The position numbers and the translations under genes are program-made. A DNA stretch of 58,331 bases from an uncultured Bacteroidales bacterium (GTDB lineage: Bacteria > Bacillota_I > Bacilli_A > ML615J-28 > CAG-698). Location of the stretch: contig CAZFAM010000006.1 in the NCBI GenBank assembly GCA_964516425.1, positions 1 through 58,331 on the forward strand, read 5' to 3'. Position 1 is the stretch's first letter. Each line of letters starts with the position of its first letter. Shown piece by piece: positions 39,720 to 50,474 of the stretch. The notes under the pieces are model-generated. The model was not told the DNA's origin. It ran no database searches and worked only from the letters and a program-made list of their open reading frames with translations.

Positions 39720-41699
39720 ATGAATTTTAATTTTCACAAATTTTTTGAAATAATTTTATCCATCGCTTTAACAATAATTTTTGCCCTTGGATTTTATTTT
39801 TTAGGTTTCTTCTTAAAAGATATAAAAATGGTAGAATATGTCTTAATTTTTATCTTCATTTTTGCCATTTTAATCATTATTTTACAAGTTTTTAAATACG
39901 AAAAATTCAAGAAAAAAAATGTAAATAATAGTGCAGAAGAAGAATATAAAAAAGTTGTAAAATATCAAGAAAAAGCACAAGATTTTAATCAGTTTTCTAA
40001 AACTTTAAGGCAAAAAATAAGAAAATTTAAAGGAAAAATCTTTATTACACTCTTAATTGAATTATTTATTATTACTTTTTTTGGATATTTTAATGAAAAA
40101 AACACATGGATTTGTGTTTTAGAAATATTTATAATATATCCATTAATAGGAACATTAATTAAAATATCAAATCATAGTAGTATTAATCAAAAGTCTGAAC
40201 AATATGAAGAAATTGAAAAAATAATTAATCATTGTAAAACAAAATTAAATATCAAAAAAGATATAATACCTTGCTATTTGCCTAGTGATGGCATTTCTGT
40301 ATATGAAGAAATAAACAAAATATACTTAATGATTGGATTATATGATTTAATTGCACTAACAAAAGAAGAATTTGAAAATGTCTTATATCATGAAATGGCA
40401 CATGTCCATAATGAAGATACTAAAATATCGTCATTATTCTTAAAAGAAAAAGAAAGAATAGATAGTTTATTGCATAATCTCATTTATAAAGAACTATTTT
40501 TTGAGTATATAGAAGTATCACAAGAAATAGAAATGTTTTTAAATTTTATCCAAATTGATAAAGAACGTTCCGCAGATAAGGTAATATTAGAATATGGAAG
40601 TAAACAAGTATATATTAATGGCCTTGCGAAAGTTATGTTAGGAGCGTATCAAGATAATTATCGTTTTCCATTAAATATATATCAAGAAGAACAACCTATA
40701 GAACATATGATTTCCTATGTTTATAATAAAAGAATTGATAATTATAATCAAAATAAAGAAATGTATAATCATTTTTTAACTAATAGTTTACAAAGAAAGT
40801 TTGATACTCATCCTTCATTTAAAGAAAGAATGAAGAATTTAAAGGTTGAAAGTTATATAATAGATTATGATTTTGATAGAAATGATGCTTTTTATAAGGA
40901 TGTCGATAAACTAATAAACAATAAAGAAAAAGAATTATATGATTCATATAGTGAATCATGGGAACAAAATCATGAACATAGTTATTTGTTTTATGTTAAT
41001 GAATATAATAACTTAAAGGAAAAAGAATTTGAAAAATTGAATCCAGATGAACAATTTAAATATGCATATTGTGTTCATGAACTTGAAGGTTGTAAACAAG
41101 CATATCCTTATTATTTAGAATTAATTAAACAATACCCTAATAATATTCATATTTTATATCATAAATCAATAATCGAATATGCACTTAATGATGAAAAATG
41201 TATCGAAGGTTTTAAAAAATGTATTTCTTTAGATAATTCCTTATCTCAAGAACTCTCAATGTTAATAGGAGCATTCATTAATAATAATGGTAGAGAAGAT
41301 ATAATAGAAGAATATCGTATGGAAACTCTTAATGAAATGCAAAAAGCTAAAGATGATCAAATATATCAAATTAAAAACAAAAAGAATATTTATCTAAAAC
41401 ATGACTTAAATAGTGAAGTTATCAAAACAATCAAAACAAAAATTCAAGAATTTACTATTATACAAAATGCATATGTTATTAAACAATTAGTAAATGAACA
41501 TGAATATAAATATGGTTTATTAATAGAATTTAATAAAAAAGCAAAATTAGATGAAAAAAATAAAGTAATGGATCAATTATTTATATTTTCACAAACTTTA
41601 GATAAATTATATATTGATGATATTACCTATAGTATACATTTTAAAAAGATAATAAAAAAATTAAATATTGAAAGTTTAATAATTAAAGGACAGTCTTAA
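39720..41699 (+). CDS. M48-family membrane zinc metallopeptidase with helical (TPR-like) C-terminus
   Basis: Four TM helices, VLYHEMAH (HExxH), ERSAD, THPSFKER. Confidence 0.85.
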   Translation: MNFNFHKFFEIILSIALTIIFALGFYFLGFFLKDIKMVEYVLIFIFIFAILIIILQVFKYEKFKKKNVNNSAEEEYKKVVKYQEKAQDFNQFSKTLRQKIRKFKGKIFITLLIELFIITFFGYFNEKNTWICVLEIFIIYPLIGTLIKISNHSSINQKSEQYEEIEKIINHCKTKLNIKKDIIPCYLPSDGISVYEEINKIYLMIGLYDLIALTKEEFENVLYHEMAHVHNEDTKISSLFLKEKERIDSLLHNLIYKELFFEYIEVSQEIEMFLNFIQIDKERSADKVILEYGSKQVYINGLAKVMLGAYQDNYRFPLNIYQEEQPIEHMISYVYNKRIDNYNQNKEMYNHFLTNSLQRKFDTHPSFKERMKNLKVESYIIDYDFDRNDAFYKDVDKLINNKEKELYDSYSESWEQNHEHSYLFYVNEYNNLKEKEFEKLNPDEQFKYAYCVHELEGCKQAYPYYLELIKQYPNNIHILYHKSIIEYALNDEKCIEGFKKCISLDNSLSQELSMLIGAFINNNGREDIIEEYRMETLNEMQKAKDDQIYQIKNKKNIYLKHDLNSEVIKTIKTKIQEFTIIQNAYVIKQLVNEHEYKYGLLIEFNKKAKLDEKNKVMDQLFIFSQTLDKLYIDDITYSIHFKKIIKKLNIESLIIKGQS

Positions 41700-41917
41700 A
41701 TAAGACTGTTTTTTAATTATTTTACTAAGTCATTATTAATTAGATTTTTTAACTTATAAAACTCTTATATTATTTGCCTATCTATATATGTTAAATATCA
41801 ATATTAATTAAATGAATGTCATTAATATTTTTAAAAGGACAATATTTTAACAAAAGAGGCTGAAATATCACAATAAAGTCAAAAAAAAGAGGAACATCAC
41901 ATTCCTCTTTTCACATA

Positions 41918-42487
41918 TTATCCTCTAGAACAATAAGATCCATCAGTAACATTAACAATAACTTTATCGCCTTCTTCAATAAATAAAGGCACTTCAACTT
42001 CAAAACCAGTTTCTAAAACAACTTTTTTTCTTGCTGATTGAGAAGTATTTCCTTTTACAGCTGGTTCAGCTTGAGCAACAGTTAAAGAAACTTTTTCTTC
42101 TTTTGTGGCAACGCCTAAGATATCACCTTCACACATTGAAACAACACAATTAGATTCTCCAGGTACAATAAAGTTTTTCATCCATTTTAAGTTTTCAGCA
42201 GGAACTTCTAATGTAGTGTAATCTTCATTATCCATGAATACATATGCATCTCCATCAACATAAGAGAATAACATATCTTTCTTGTCAATAATGCATTTGC
42301 GATATTTATTATTAGGGTTTAAAGTAGTTTGAATAATAGAACCACTCTTTAAATCCTTCATTCTAACACGCATAACCGCATTTCCTTTTCCCGGTTTCAT
42401 GAAGTCTTGTTCTAACACTTGCCATACACTATTATTGTATTCAAATGTATGTCCAGCACGTAAATCGATTGCTGCAATCATTTCCAT
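41918..42487 (-). CDS. efp: elongation factor P
   Basis: KPGKG loop, YVFMD.EDY, PAVKGNT, LETG..VPLFI..GD. Confidence 0.97.
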   Translation of the reverse strand: MEMIAAIDLRAGHTFEYNNSVWQVLEQDFMKPGKGNAVMRVRMKDLKSGSIIQTTLNPNNKYRKCIIDKKDMLFSYVDGDAYVFMDNEDYTTLEVPAENLKWMKNFIVPGESNCVVSMCEGDILGVATKEEKVSLTVAQAEPAVKGNTSQSARKKVVLETGFEVEVPLFIEEGDKVIVNVTDGSYCSRG

Positions 42488-42591
42488 AAATATAATCCTA
42501 ATCCTTTCTTCAAGTTATATATATTATAATATACACTAAAATGTATATAATTTCAAGTAAAAGTTAATAAAATATAGAATTTAATAATGAA

Positions 42592-43206
42592 TTAACTAAT
42601 TATTTTATCTTTCTTATTATATATATGATAATATTTATAAAAAGTACTATATCTCATACCCGCAACTAAAGCTGCTTCTTTAAAAGAAATCTTGTTAAAC
42701 TTAACAAGATTAGAAGCTTCTAAAAAAGAGGTTGGTAAAACATATTTTGGTCTACCTAAATGAATGCCTTTTGCTTTCGCTATTTTTATTCCTTCCATTT
42801 GTCGTTGCTTGATGTTTGTTCTTTCATTTTCTGCTACGAACGATAGTACTTGCAAAAAAATATCACTAACAAATCTTCCAATCAAGCTAGTTTCACTGCG
42901 AGTATCTAAAAGTGGAAAATCAAGTACTAAAATATTGGCTTTTATAATTTTTGTAATATATGTCCATTCTTCAATTATCATTTCATAATTGCGACCTAAA
43001 CGATCAATTGATTTAATTATTAACAAATCATTTTCTTTTAATTTTTTCTTTAATTTTTGATAATTAGGACGATTAAAATCTTTTCCACTTTGCTTATCCA
43101 CATAAATAAACCTTCTTTCTAATCCTTGACTATACATTTCTTCTAATTGTCTATCAATTTTTTGTGTTAATGTTGAAACACGTACATAACCATATGTTTT
43201 ATTCAT
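42592..43206 (-). CDS. small serine recombinase (resolvase/invertase)
   Basis: YGYVRVST..Q, SIDRLGRN, AENER.NIKQRQ.EGI, GRP and C-terminal HTH. Confidence 0.93.
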   Translation of the reverse strand: MNKTYGYVRVSTLTQKIDRQLEEMYSQGLERRFIYVDKQSGKDFNRPNYQKLKKKLKENDLLIIKSIDRLGRNYEMIIEEWTYITKIIKANILVLDFPLLDTRSETSLIGRFVSDIFLQVLSFVAENERTNIKQRQMEGIKIAKAKGIHLGRPKYVLPTSFLEASNLVKFNKISFKEAALVAGMRYSTFYKYYHIYNKKDKIIS

Positions 43207-43322
43207 GCCTTTCCTCCTAAAACTAAATTATAGCAAAAACCTTTTCATTTTTTATAAATATTATTTGATTTGATAAATAATTAATGTTATAATAAACATA
43301 TAAATTAGTATATAGAAAGGAT

Positions 43323-44456
43323 TTGGAAAATATGGCATATATTAATTATTCACATGATTTATTAGACAAGTTTTGTATGGAAGCTTTTCAAAAATTTGGT
43401 TTTACAAATGATGAAAGTAGAATAATCACAGATGTTCTTTTAATGTCTGATGATTTTGGAATTGAATCACACGGAATGCAAAGATTAGTTAGATATCATA
43501 AGGGTATTGAAAGTGGTTTAATACATATCGATGCTAAACCAGAAGTATTGTTTGAAACGCCAATTAGTGCTGTAATTGATGGACACTCTGGAATGGGACA
43601 ATTATTAGGTCATAAAGCTATGGAAATGGCAATTGAAAAAGCAAAAACAAGTGGTGTGGGAATTGTTACTGTTAAAAATTCTAATCACTATGGTATTGCG
43701 GGATATTATGCTAGAATGGCAATGGATCAAGGTTTAATTGGATTCTCATGTACAAATTCAGAAGCAATCATGGTCCCAACATTCGGTAAAAAAGCAATGC
43801 TAGGATCTAACCCAATTGCATGTAGTGCACCCGCAGATCCTTATCCATTCTTCTTTGATGCTTCCACAACTGTTGTAACACGTGGAAAACTAGAAATATA
43901 TAATAAGAAAGGTGAACCTATTCCAACAGGATGGGCAGTAAATAAAGACGGAGTTTCATCAAATAATGCTACAGAAGTATTAGGAAATATTAAAGCTCAT
44001 GAAGGTGGAGGAATTGTTCCATTAGGTGGCGATACTGAAATGTTAGGTGGTCATAAAGGATATGGTTATGGTATGCTTTGTGAATTGTTCTCATCAATTT
44101 TATCGTGTGGCGTAACATCAGCTCACACAATGCAAAATGGATTCTCAGGAATCTGTCATGGATTCATGGCTATTAACCCTGCTTTCTTTGGTAATCCTGA
44201 TGAAATTAAGAAGCATTTTAGTGAATATTTAACAGAATTAAGAGAAAGTCCAAAAGCTAATGGTGCTGATAGAATTTATACACATGGTGAAAAAGAAATG
44301 TTAGCAATCGAAAAAGTTAAGGAAGAAGGAATTCCAGTTAACGAAAACACAGTTAGAGAAATGATTGAAATGGCCAAATATTTAGGAATGGATTATAAGA
44401 AATATTTTGGTGATTTCGATGTTGAAGGAAATAATAAATTTAAGAGTGCATATTAG
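43323..44456 (+). CDS. Ldh_2-family (malate/lactate/ureidoglycolate) dehydrogenase
   Basis: GIESHG..RL, SNHYG.AG, GSNPIA, HKGYG; start may be ATG 43332. Confidence 0.92.
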   Translation: MENMAYINYSHDLLDKFCMEAFQKFGFTNDESRIITDVLLMSDDFGIESHGMQRLVRYHKGIESGLIHIDAKPEVLFETPISAVIDGHSGMGQLLGHKAMEMAIEKAKTSGVGIVTVKNSNHYGIAGYYARMAMDQGLIGFSCTNSEAIMVPTFGKKAMLGSNPIACSAPADPYPFFFDASTTVVTRGKLEIYNKKGEPIPTGWAVNKDGVSSNNATEVLGNIKAHEGGGIVPLGGDTEMLGGHKGYGYGMLCELFSSILSCGVTSAHTMQNGFSGICHGFMAINPAFFGNPDEIKKHFSEYLTELRESPKANGADRIYTHGEKEMLAIEKVKEEGIPVNENTVREMIEMAKYLGMDYKKYFGDFDVEGNNKFKSAY

Positions 44457-44470
44457 AAAGAGGTAATAAA

Positions 44471-45652
44471 ATGGCTGAAAAAACTGTATATGAAAGAAGT
44501 TTAGAATTACATGAAACTAATCATGGAAAAGTAGAAGTAATATCTAAAGTTCAAGTTACAAATAAAGAAGAATTGTCACTAGCTTATACACCTGGAGTTG
44601 CAGAACCTTGCCGTAAGATTCATGCAAATCCGGATGATGTTTATAAATATACTGCCAAAGGAAATTTAGTTGCGGTTGTATCTGACGGAACAGCTGTATT
44701 AGGACTTGGTGATATTGGCCCACTTGCTGGTATGCCAGTTATGGAAGGTAAAGCAATTCTATTTAAGGAATTTGCCAATGTGGATGCATTCCCAATTTGT
44801 TTAGATACAAAAGATGTTGATGAAATAGTTGAAACAGTTAAAAGAATATCTCCATGTTTTGGGGGAATTAATCTAGAAGATATTTCTGCTCCAAGATGTT
44901 TTGAAGTTGAAAGAAGATTAAAAGAAGAATTAGATATTCCGGTATTTCATGATGACCAACACGGAACAGCAATCGTTGTATGTGCTGGATTAATCAATGC
45001 TTTAAAAGTAGTTGGTAAAAAAATGGAAGATGCACGTGTTGTAATTAATGGTGCTGGTTCAGCTGGAATTTCAATTTGTAAATTAATGTTGCAATTTGGA
45101 GTTGGTGATGTAGTACTAGTTGATAAAGATGGTGCTTTATGTCCAGGCCAAGAGTGGATGAACGAAGCTCAAAAAGCAATGGCTGAAGTAACAAATAAAC
45201 ATAAACAAACAGGACCATTAAAAGAAATTATTAAAGATAAAGATGTATTTGTGGGTGTATCTGCTCCAAATTTAGTAACAGCTGAAATGGTAAAGACAAT
45301 GGCTAAAGATCCAATAATTTTTGCTATGGCTAACCCAACACCAGAAATTATGCCAGATGTTGCCAAAGAAGGTGGAGCTAAAGTTGTTGCAACAGGAAGA
45401 TCAGATTTCCCTAACCAAATTAATAATGTATTAGTATTCCCTGGAATATTCCGTGGTGCATTAGATGTTAGAGCAAGAAATATTACAGAAGAAATGAAAA
45501 TGGCAGCAAGTCGTGCTATTGCATCTCTTGTGACAGATGAAGAATTGAATCCTGATTATATTATTCCTTCTCCATTTGATAAACGTGTATGTTCAGTTGT
45601 TGCAAAAGAAGTAGGAAGAGTTGCACGCGAACAAGGAATCGCAAAAATATAA
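44471..45652 (+). CDS. NAD(P)-dependent malic enzyme
   Basis: AYTPGVA, DGTAVLGLG, NLEDI.APRCF, FHDDQHGTA, GRSDFPNQINN. Confidence 0.96.
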   Translation: MAEKTVYERSLELHETNHGKVEVISKVQVTNKEELSLAYTPGVAEPCRKIHANPDDVYKYTAKGNLVAVVSDGTAVLGLGDIGPLAGMPVMEGKAILFKEFANVDAFPICLDTKDVDEIVETVKRISPCFGGINLEDISAPRCFEVERRLKEELDIPVFHDDQHGTAIVVCAGLINALKVVGKKMEDARVVINGAGSAGISICKLMLQFGVGDVVLVDKDGALCPGQEWMNEAQKAMAEVTNKHKQTGPLKEIIKDKDVFVGVSAPNLVTAEMVKTMAKDPIIFAMANPTPEIMPDVAKEGGAKVVATGRSDFPNQINNVLVFPGIFRGALDVRARNITEEMKMAASRAIASLVTDEELNPDYIIPSPFDKRVCSVVAKEVGRVAREQGIAKI

Positions 45653-45704
45653 TAAACAAATGTGCAATTAATTAATTGCACATTTTATTAGAAAGGATTA
45701 AAAA

Positions 45705-46982
45705 ATGGCAAATATTAAATTACCTTATTATAAGGGACATATAGATTTAAATATTGAAGATGAAAAAATATCCGCAATATTAGTTTCCAAAACAGAGCAA
45801 TATAAAGTTGAAAAATCAGAAAAGGAATTAGTAATTGATGCATTAAATAATCCTATTAATTCTCTTCCTTTATCTGAACTTGCCAAAGATAAAAAACATA
45901 TTGTAATTATTTCTAGTGATCATACACGACCAGTACCAAGTCATATTACAATGCCTATTATTTTAGAAGAAATTCGTAAATATAATAAAGATGTTAAAAT
46001 CACAATTCTTATTGCAACGGGAATGCACCGTCCAACAACTCATGAAGAATTAGTTAATAAGTATGGCAAAAAAATAGTAAAAGAAGAAAACATTGTGATA
46101 CATAATGCTTATAATGATGAAGATATGGTATTTAAAGGAGTACTACCTTCAGGTGGAGAATTGTGGATAAACAAATTAGTTGACGAATGTGATTTATTAA
46201 TGAGTGAAGGATTTATAGAACCACATTTCTTTGCGGGATTCTCTGGTGGAAGAAAATCTGTTTTACCTGGAATTGCCTCTAAAAAAACTGTTCTATGGAA
46301 TCATAATGCTCGCTTTATCGCAAACAAAAATTCTCGTGCAGGGAGTTTAGAAGACAATCCAATTCACAAAGATATGTTATTTGCGGCTAAACAAGTAAAC
46401 TTACAATTTATTTTAAATGTTGTTATAAATGGTGATAAACATATTATTCAAGCATTTGCGGGAGATTTGGAACAAGCACATGCTCATGGATGTGAGTTAG
46501 TAAAAGAAATTGCGGAAGTTGAACCAGTAATGTCGGATATTGTTATTACTACTAATGGCGGATATCCATTAGACCAAAATATATATCAAACAGTAAAAGG
46601 AATGACTGCAGGTGAAGCTTGTGTAAATGAAGGTGGAGTTATAATTATTTGCTCGTCATGTGCTGATGGTACAGGTGGAGAATTCTTTTATAACTTATTA
46701 GCGAATGCCAAAGATGCTAAAGATGCATATCAAAAATTAAATGATGTTGCACCTGAAAATACAGAATTTGATCAATGGGAAGCACAAATATTAGCACGAA
46801 TTTTATGTAAAGCAAATGTAATAATTGTTAGTGATAAATGCGATCCTAATTTAATAACAAACATGCATATTATACACGCATATACGATTGAGGAAGCATT
46901 AAATAAGGCATATGCCATTGTTGGAAAGGATAAAAAGATTACGATTATTCCTGATGGAATTAGTGTAATATTTAAAAAGTAA
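45705..46982 (+). CDS. larA: LarA-family nickel-pincer 2-hydroxyacid racemase
   Basis: SDHTRP, ATGMHR, EPHFFAGFSGGRKS..PG, GYPLDQNIYQ..K; substrate not determined. Confidence 0.88.
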   Translation: MANIKLPYYKGHIDLNIEDEKISAILVSKTEQYKVEKSEKELVIDALNNPINSLPLSELAKDKKHIVIISSDHTRPVPSHITMPIILEEIRKYNKDVKITILIATGMHRPTTHEELVNKYGKKIVKEENIVIHNAYNDEDMVFKGVLPSGGELWINKLVDECDLLMSEGFIEPHFFAGFSGGRKSVLPGIASKKTVLWNHNARFIANKNSRAGSLEDNPIHKDMLFAAKQVNLQFILNVVINGDKHIIQAFAGDLEQAHAHGCELVKEIAEVEPVMSDIVITTNGGYPLDQNIYQTVKGMTAGEACVNEGGVIIICSSCADGTGGEFFYNLLANAKDAKDAYQKLNDVAPENTEFDQWEAQILARILCKANVIIVSDKCDPNLITNMHIIHAYTIEEALNKAYAIVGKDKKITIIPDGISVIFKK

Positions 46983-47812
46983 TGAAAAAAGTTAATTTAT
47001 TGTTGTTTATATTATTGATTGTCACCATGTTAGGGTGTGTTTCAGAAAAAACAGATTATTTAGTTTATGAATTATTGGAAAGTGGGGATGCATATTCTGT
47101 TGTAAGTTATCGTCAAGATGCAAAAAAACATACTATCCCGGATGAATATAATGGCTTACCAGTAACAGAACTTAATACTTCCGCATTTGAAAATAGTCAA
47201 ATGGAAGAATTGTATATTGGAAAAAATATACAATATATGGGATGGTATGTATTTTCGGAATGTTTAAATTTGAAGAAAATTATAGTGGATAACGAAAATG
47301 AATATTATTCATCCACAAAAGATGGAATATTATTTAATAAAGATTTTACATCTTTAGTTGCTTTTCCACAAAATTTAAAAATGGAAAGTTATATAATTCC
47401 TGATACCGTAATAGAAATAAATTATTTTGCTTTTGAAAATAATTTACATTTAAAAGAAGTAACAATTGGTAATGGAATTGAGACTATAGAAGGATCTTGC
47501 TTTTATAAAGCAAAAGCATTAGAAAAAGTGATTTTTCATAAAAATGTTAAACAAATTACTAGATATGCATTTTTTGGCTGTGAAAAACTAGAAAGTATTG
47601 AATTACCAGAAAATTTAGAATCTATTGGAAGTTCTGCCTTTTCTAATTGCATATCATTAAAAACAATTACTATACCTTTAACGGTTGATTCTATTGGTTC
47701 TAATGCCTTTTACGGATGCACTGAACTTACAATTAAATGTTTAGTATCAAAAAGACCTAATGGATGGAATCGTGAATGGAATGGCGGAACAAAGGTTGAA
47801 TGGACTAAATAA
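46982..47812 (+). CDS. lipoprotein with BspA-type leucine-rich repeats
   Basis: Lipobox MLGC; repeats L.SI.LP..L.SIG..AF..C. Confidence 0.88.
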   Translation: MKKVNLLLFILLIVTMLGCVSEKTDYLVYELLESGDAYSVVSYRQDAKKHTIPDEYNGLPVTELNTSAFENSQMEELYIGKNIQYMGWYVFSECLNLKKIIVDNENEYYSSTKDGILFNKDFTSLVAFPQNLKMESYIIPDTVIEINYFAFENNLHLKEVTIGNGIETIEGSCFYKAKALEKVIFHKNVKQITRYAFFGCEKLESIELPENLESIGSSAFSNCISLKTITIPLTVDSIGSNAFYGCTELTIKCLVSKRPNGWNREWNGGTKVEWTK

Positions 47813-48079
47813 GCACCTATTTTTATGATGTGCTAAATGGGAAGTCGTACAACATATAGTTGTACAACTTCCTTTTTTGTATACAATAATAAAAAACTGT
47901 GAAAAACTATTGCTATTATCACAAGAGAATTTCACAATAATATTGTATTTTTATAAAAGGAAAAGAACATGGATTTTTACAACTAAGTGTTTATAATGAT
48001 TTTAATCTATTTTTAAGATCTTATTGAAATACAATATTTTATTTTTTAATATTTATGAATTATTATAATATAATTAAAT

Positions 48080-48595
48080 ATGGCTACATTATATATTATA
48101 TTTTTAATATCATTTATTATATTTTTGGGTATTCCAATACCTTGCGAAGTTTTTATGCCTTTTGTGGGTGGATATATTAAAGAAAACAATTTATCTTTAA
48201 TATATATTTTTATTATTAATTGTTGTTCATTTTTTGGAGCTCTTTTACTATATATAATAGGAAAGAAATTTAAAAAAGTTATAAAGTCTAAAAAAATAAA
48301 ACGAACAATTAACTATTATAATAGTAAAGGAAGCCTAGTTATATTATTGGCTAGATTTATTCCAGTAGTTAGAATTTATATATCATTTGTTTCGGGATTT
48401 AAAAAGGATTCATTTATAAAGTTTATGATTTATACATTTTTAGGTATTATGATTTCTAATTCTTTTCTTATTATATTAGGTTATGTATTTTATAGTAACA
48501 TTCCTTTTATTTTGATATATATAAATAAAATTAAAAATATAGTATTGTTAATTATAATAATTTTTATATTATATAGAATAATTAAAAAAATATAG
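48080..48595 (+). CDS. DedA/VTT-family membrane protein
   Basis: GIPIPCE, LARFIPVVR.YISF.SG. Confidence 0.85.
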   Translation: MATLYIIFLISFIIFLGIPIPCEVFMPFVGGYIKENNLSLIYIFIINCCSFFGALLLYIIGKKFKKVIKSKKIKRTINYYNSKGSLVILLARFIPVVRIYISFVSGFKKDSFIKFMIYTFLGIMISNSFLIILGYVFYSNIPFILIYINKIKNIVLLIIIIFILYRIIKKI

Positions 48596-48650
48596 ACAAT
48601 TACTAGGTAGTGTGGTAAAATAACTATATTATTAAGAAGGGGGAGTATGA

Positions 48651-50474
48651 ATGAAGAAAAAGAATAATTTGGGTAAATTATTTAAATGGGCAAAACCTCA
48701 TTTAATATTACTTATTATGATTATGATTATAACGATTGTTGTCCCTGTAACATATTCATATGTTCCACAATTTATTAAGTATGTATTTGATTATGTTCTT
48801 GAGCCTAATCCAGATGCCACAAATACATTACCTAAATTCTTGCTAGAATTTTTTAATTCGTTTGAAGATTTAGAAAATGTATTAGTTGTAGGTGTGGTAC
48901 TTGTTATATTTCAATTATTCCGTGGGCTTTTAATGTTTTTGAATGGAGTATTAAAAGGAACATTTGCGGAACGAATTGCATATGATATGCGTACAAAGTT
49001 ATATAATCATATTCAGGATTTGTCATTTTCTTACCATAGTTCTGTAGATACAGGTGATTTGATTCAAAGATGTACATCAGATATTGATACCATAAAGAGT
49101 TTTATTAGTACGCAATTACCAGAAATTCTTTATATATTTGCTTCTTTTATTTCTGGAGCATTACAAATGGCAAATATCAATATTAATATTATGTTTATAA
49201 CATTATGTGTTGTACCTATTACTATTACATCAAGCTTTATTTACTTTAATTATGTACAGAAGAAATTTGAAGAAGTTGAAAATTATGAGTCTGATATGAC
49301 AGTAGCACTTCAAGAAAGTGTAAATGGAGTAAGAGTCGTTAAGGCTTTTGCGAGAGAAAAATTTGAAATTGAAAGATTTAATAGTAAAAGTAAGAAGTAT
49401 AAAAATGAAAGTTTTAAGTTAAATCGTGCAATGGCTTTTTATTGGGGATTTAGTGATGGTTTAACATTATTACAATATGCGGCTACAATTGGTTATTGTA
49501 TACATCTTGCTAAAACGGGATTGTCAACTGGAGATATTGTTGTATGTATTGAATATATTTCAATGCTTGTATATCCAATTAGAAGTTTAGGTAGAATAAT
49601 TGGTGATTTTGGCAAAGCAACAGTTGCGGCTGGAAGAGTAGATGAAATATTAACTACACCTACAGAATACGTAAATAATGGGACTGAAAAACCTATTATT
49701 ACTGGTAATATTAAATTTGCTAATGTTTCATTTAAATTTGATGATACTGATAAACATTTATTAGATGGTGTGAGTTTTGAAATTAAGTCTGGCGAAACAG
49801 TAGCTATTGTGGGGAAAACCGGAAGTGGAAAAAGTACTATTGTTAATATGTTAGTTAGAATGTTAGAATATGATAAAGGAAGTATAACTTTAGATGGAGT
49901 AGAATTAAAAAATATCGATAAACATTATGCTCGTGAAAATATTGGTATAATTTTACAAGACCCATTTTTATATGCGAAAACAATATACGAAAATATAAGT
50001 ATTGCATTACCAAATTCTAATGAAAAGAAAATTTTTGCAGCAGCAAAAACAGCCGCAATTCATAATGATATTTTATCTTTTGATAAAGGTTATGATACAA
50101 TTGTGGGAGAAAAAGGAACAACGTTATCAGGTGGACAAAAACAAAGAATTGCTATTGCAAGAATGTTAGTTTTAAATAAACCAATAATCATATTTGATGA
50201 TAGTTTAAGTGCACTAGATACAAAAACTGATTTACAAATTCGTAATGCATTAAAATTAAAAGATGAAAAAATGACATCAATTATTATTACGCATCGTATT
50301 ACTACTGCTAAAGAAGCAGATAAGATTATTGTTTTAGAAAATGGAAAAGTATCCGCAATTGGAACACATGAAGAATTATCTCAAAAACCAGGATTATATA
50401 AATCCTTATGGGACATTCAAGGAGCATTAGAAAATGAATTCTTGAATATGGTTAATAAGGAGGTGAATGAATAA
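48651..50474 (+). CDS. ABC exporter subunit (TMD plus NBD, degenerate Walker B)
   Basis: GKTGSGKST, LSGGQKQR, FDDSLSALD. Confidence 0.93.
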   Translation: MKKKNNLGKLFKWAKPHLILLIMIMIITIVVPVTYSYVPQFIKYVFDYVLEPNPDATNTLPKFLLEFFNSFEDLENVLVVGVVLVIFQLFRGLLMFLNGVLKGTFAERIAYDMRTKLYNHIQDLSFSYHSSVDTGDLIQRCTSDIDTIKSFISTQLPEILYIFASFISGALQMANININIMFITLCVVPITITSSFIYFNYVQKKFEEVENYESDMTVALQESVNGVRVVKAFAREKFEIERFNSKSKKYKNESFKLNRAMAFYWGFSDGLTLLQYAATIGYCIHLAKTGLSTGDIVVCIEYISMLVYPIRSLGRIIGDFGKATVAAGRVDEILTTPTEYVNNGTEKPIITGNIKFANVSFKFDDTDKHLLDGVSFEIKSGETVAIVGKTGSGKSTIVNMLVRMLEYDKGSITLDGVELKNIDKHYARENIGIILQDPFLYAKTIYENISIALPNSNEKKIFAAAKTAAIHNDILSFDKGYDTIVGEKGTTLSGGQKQRIAIARMLVLNKPIIIFDDSLSALDTKTDLQIRNALKLKDEKMTSIIITHRITTAKEADKIIVLENGKVSAIGTHEELSQKPGLYKSLWDIQGALENEFLNMVNKEVNE

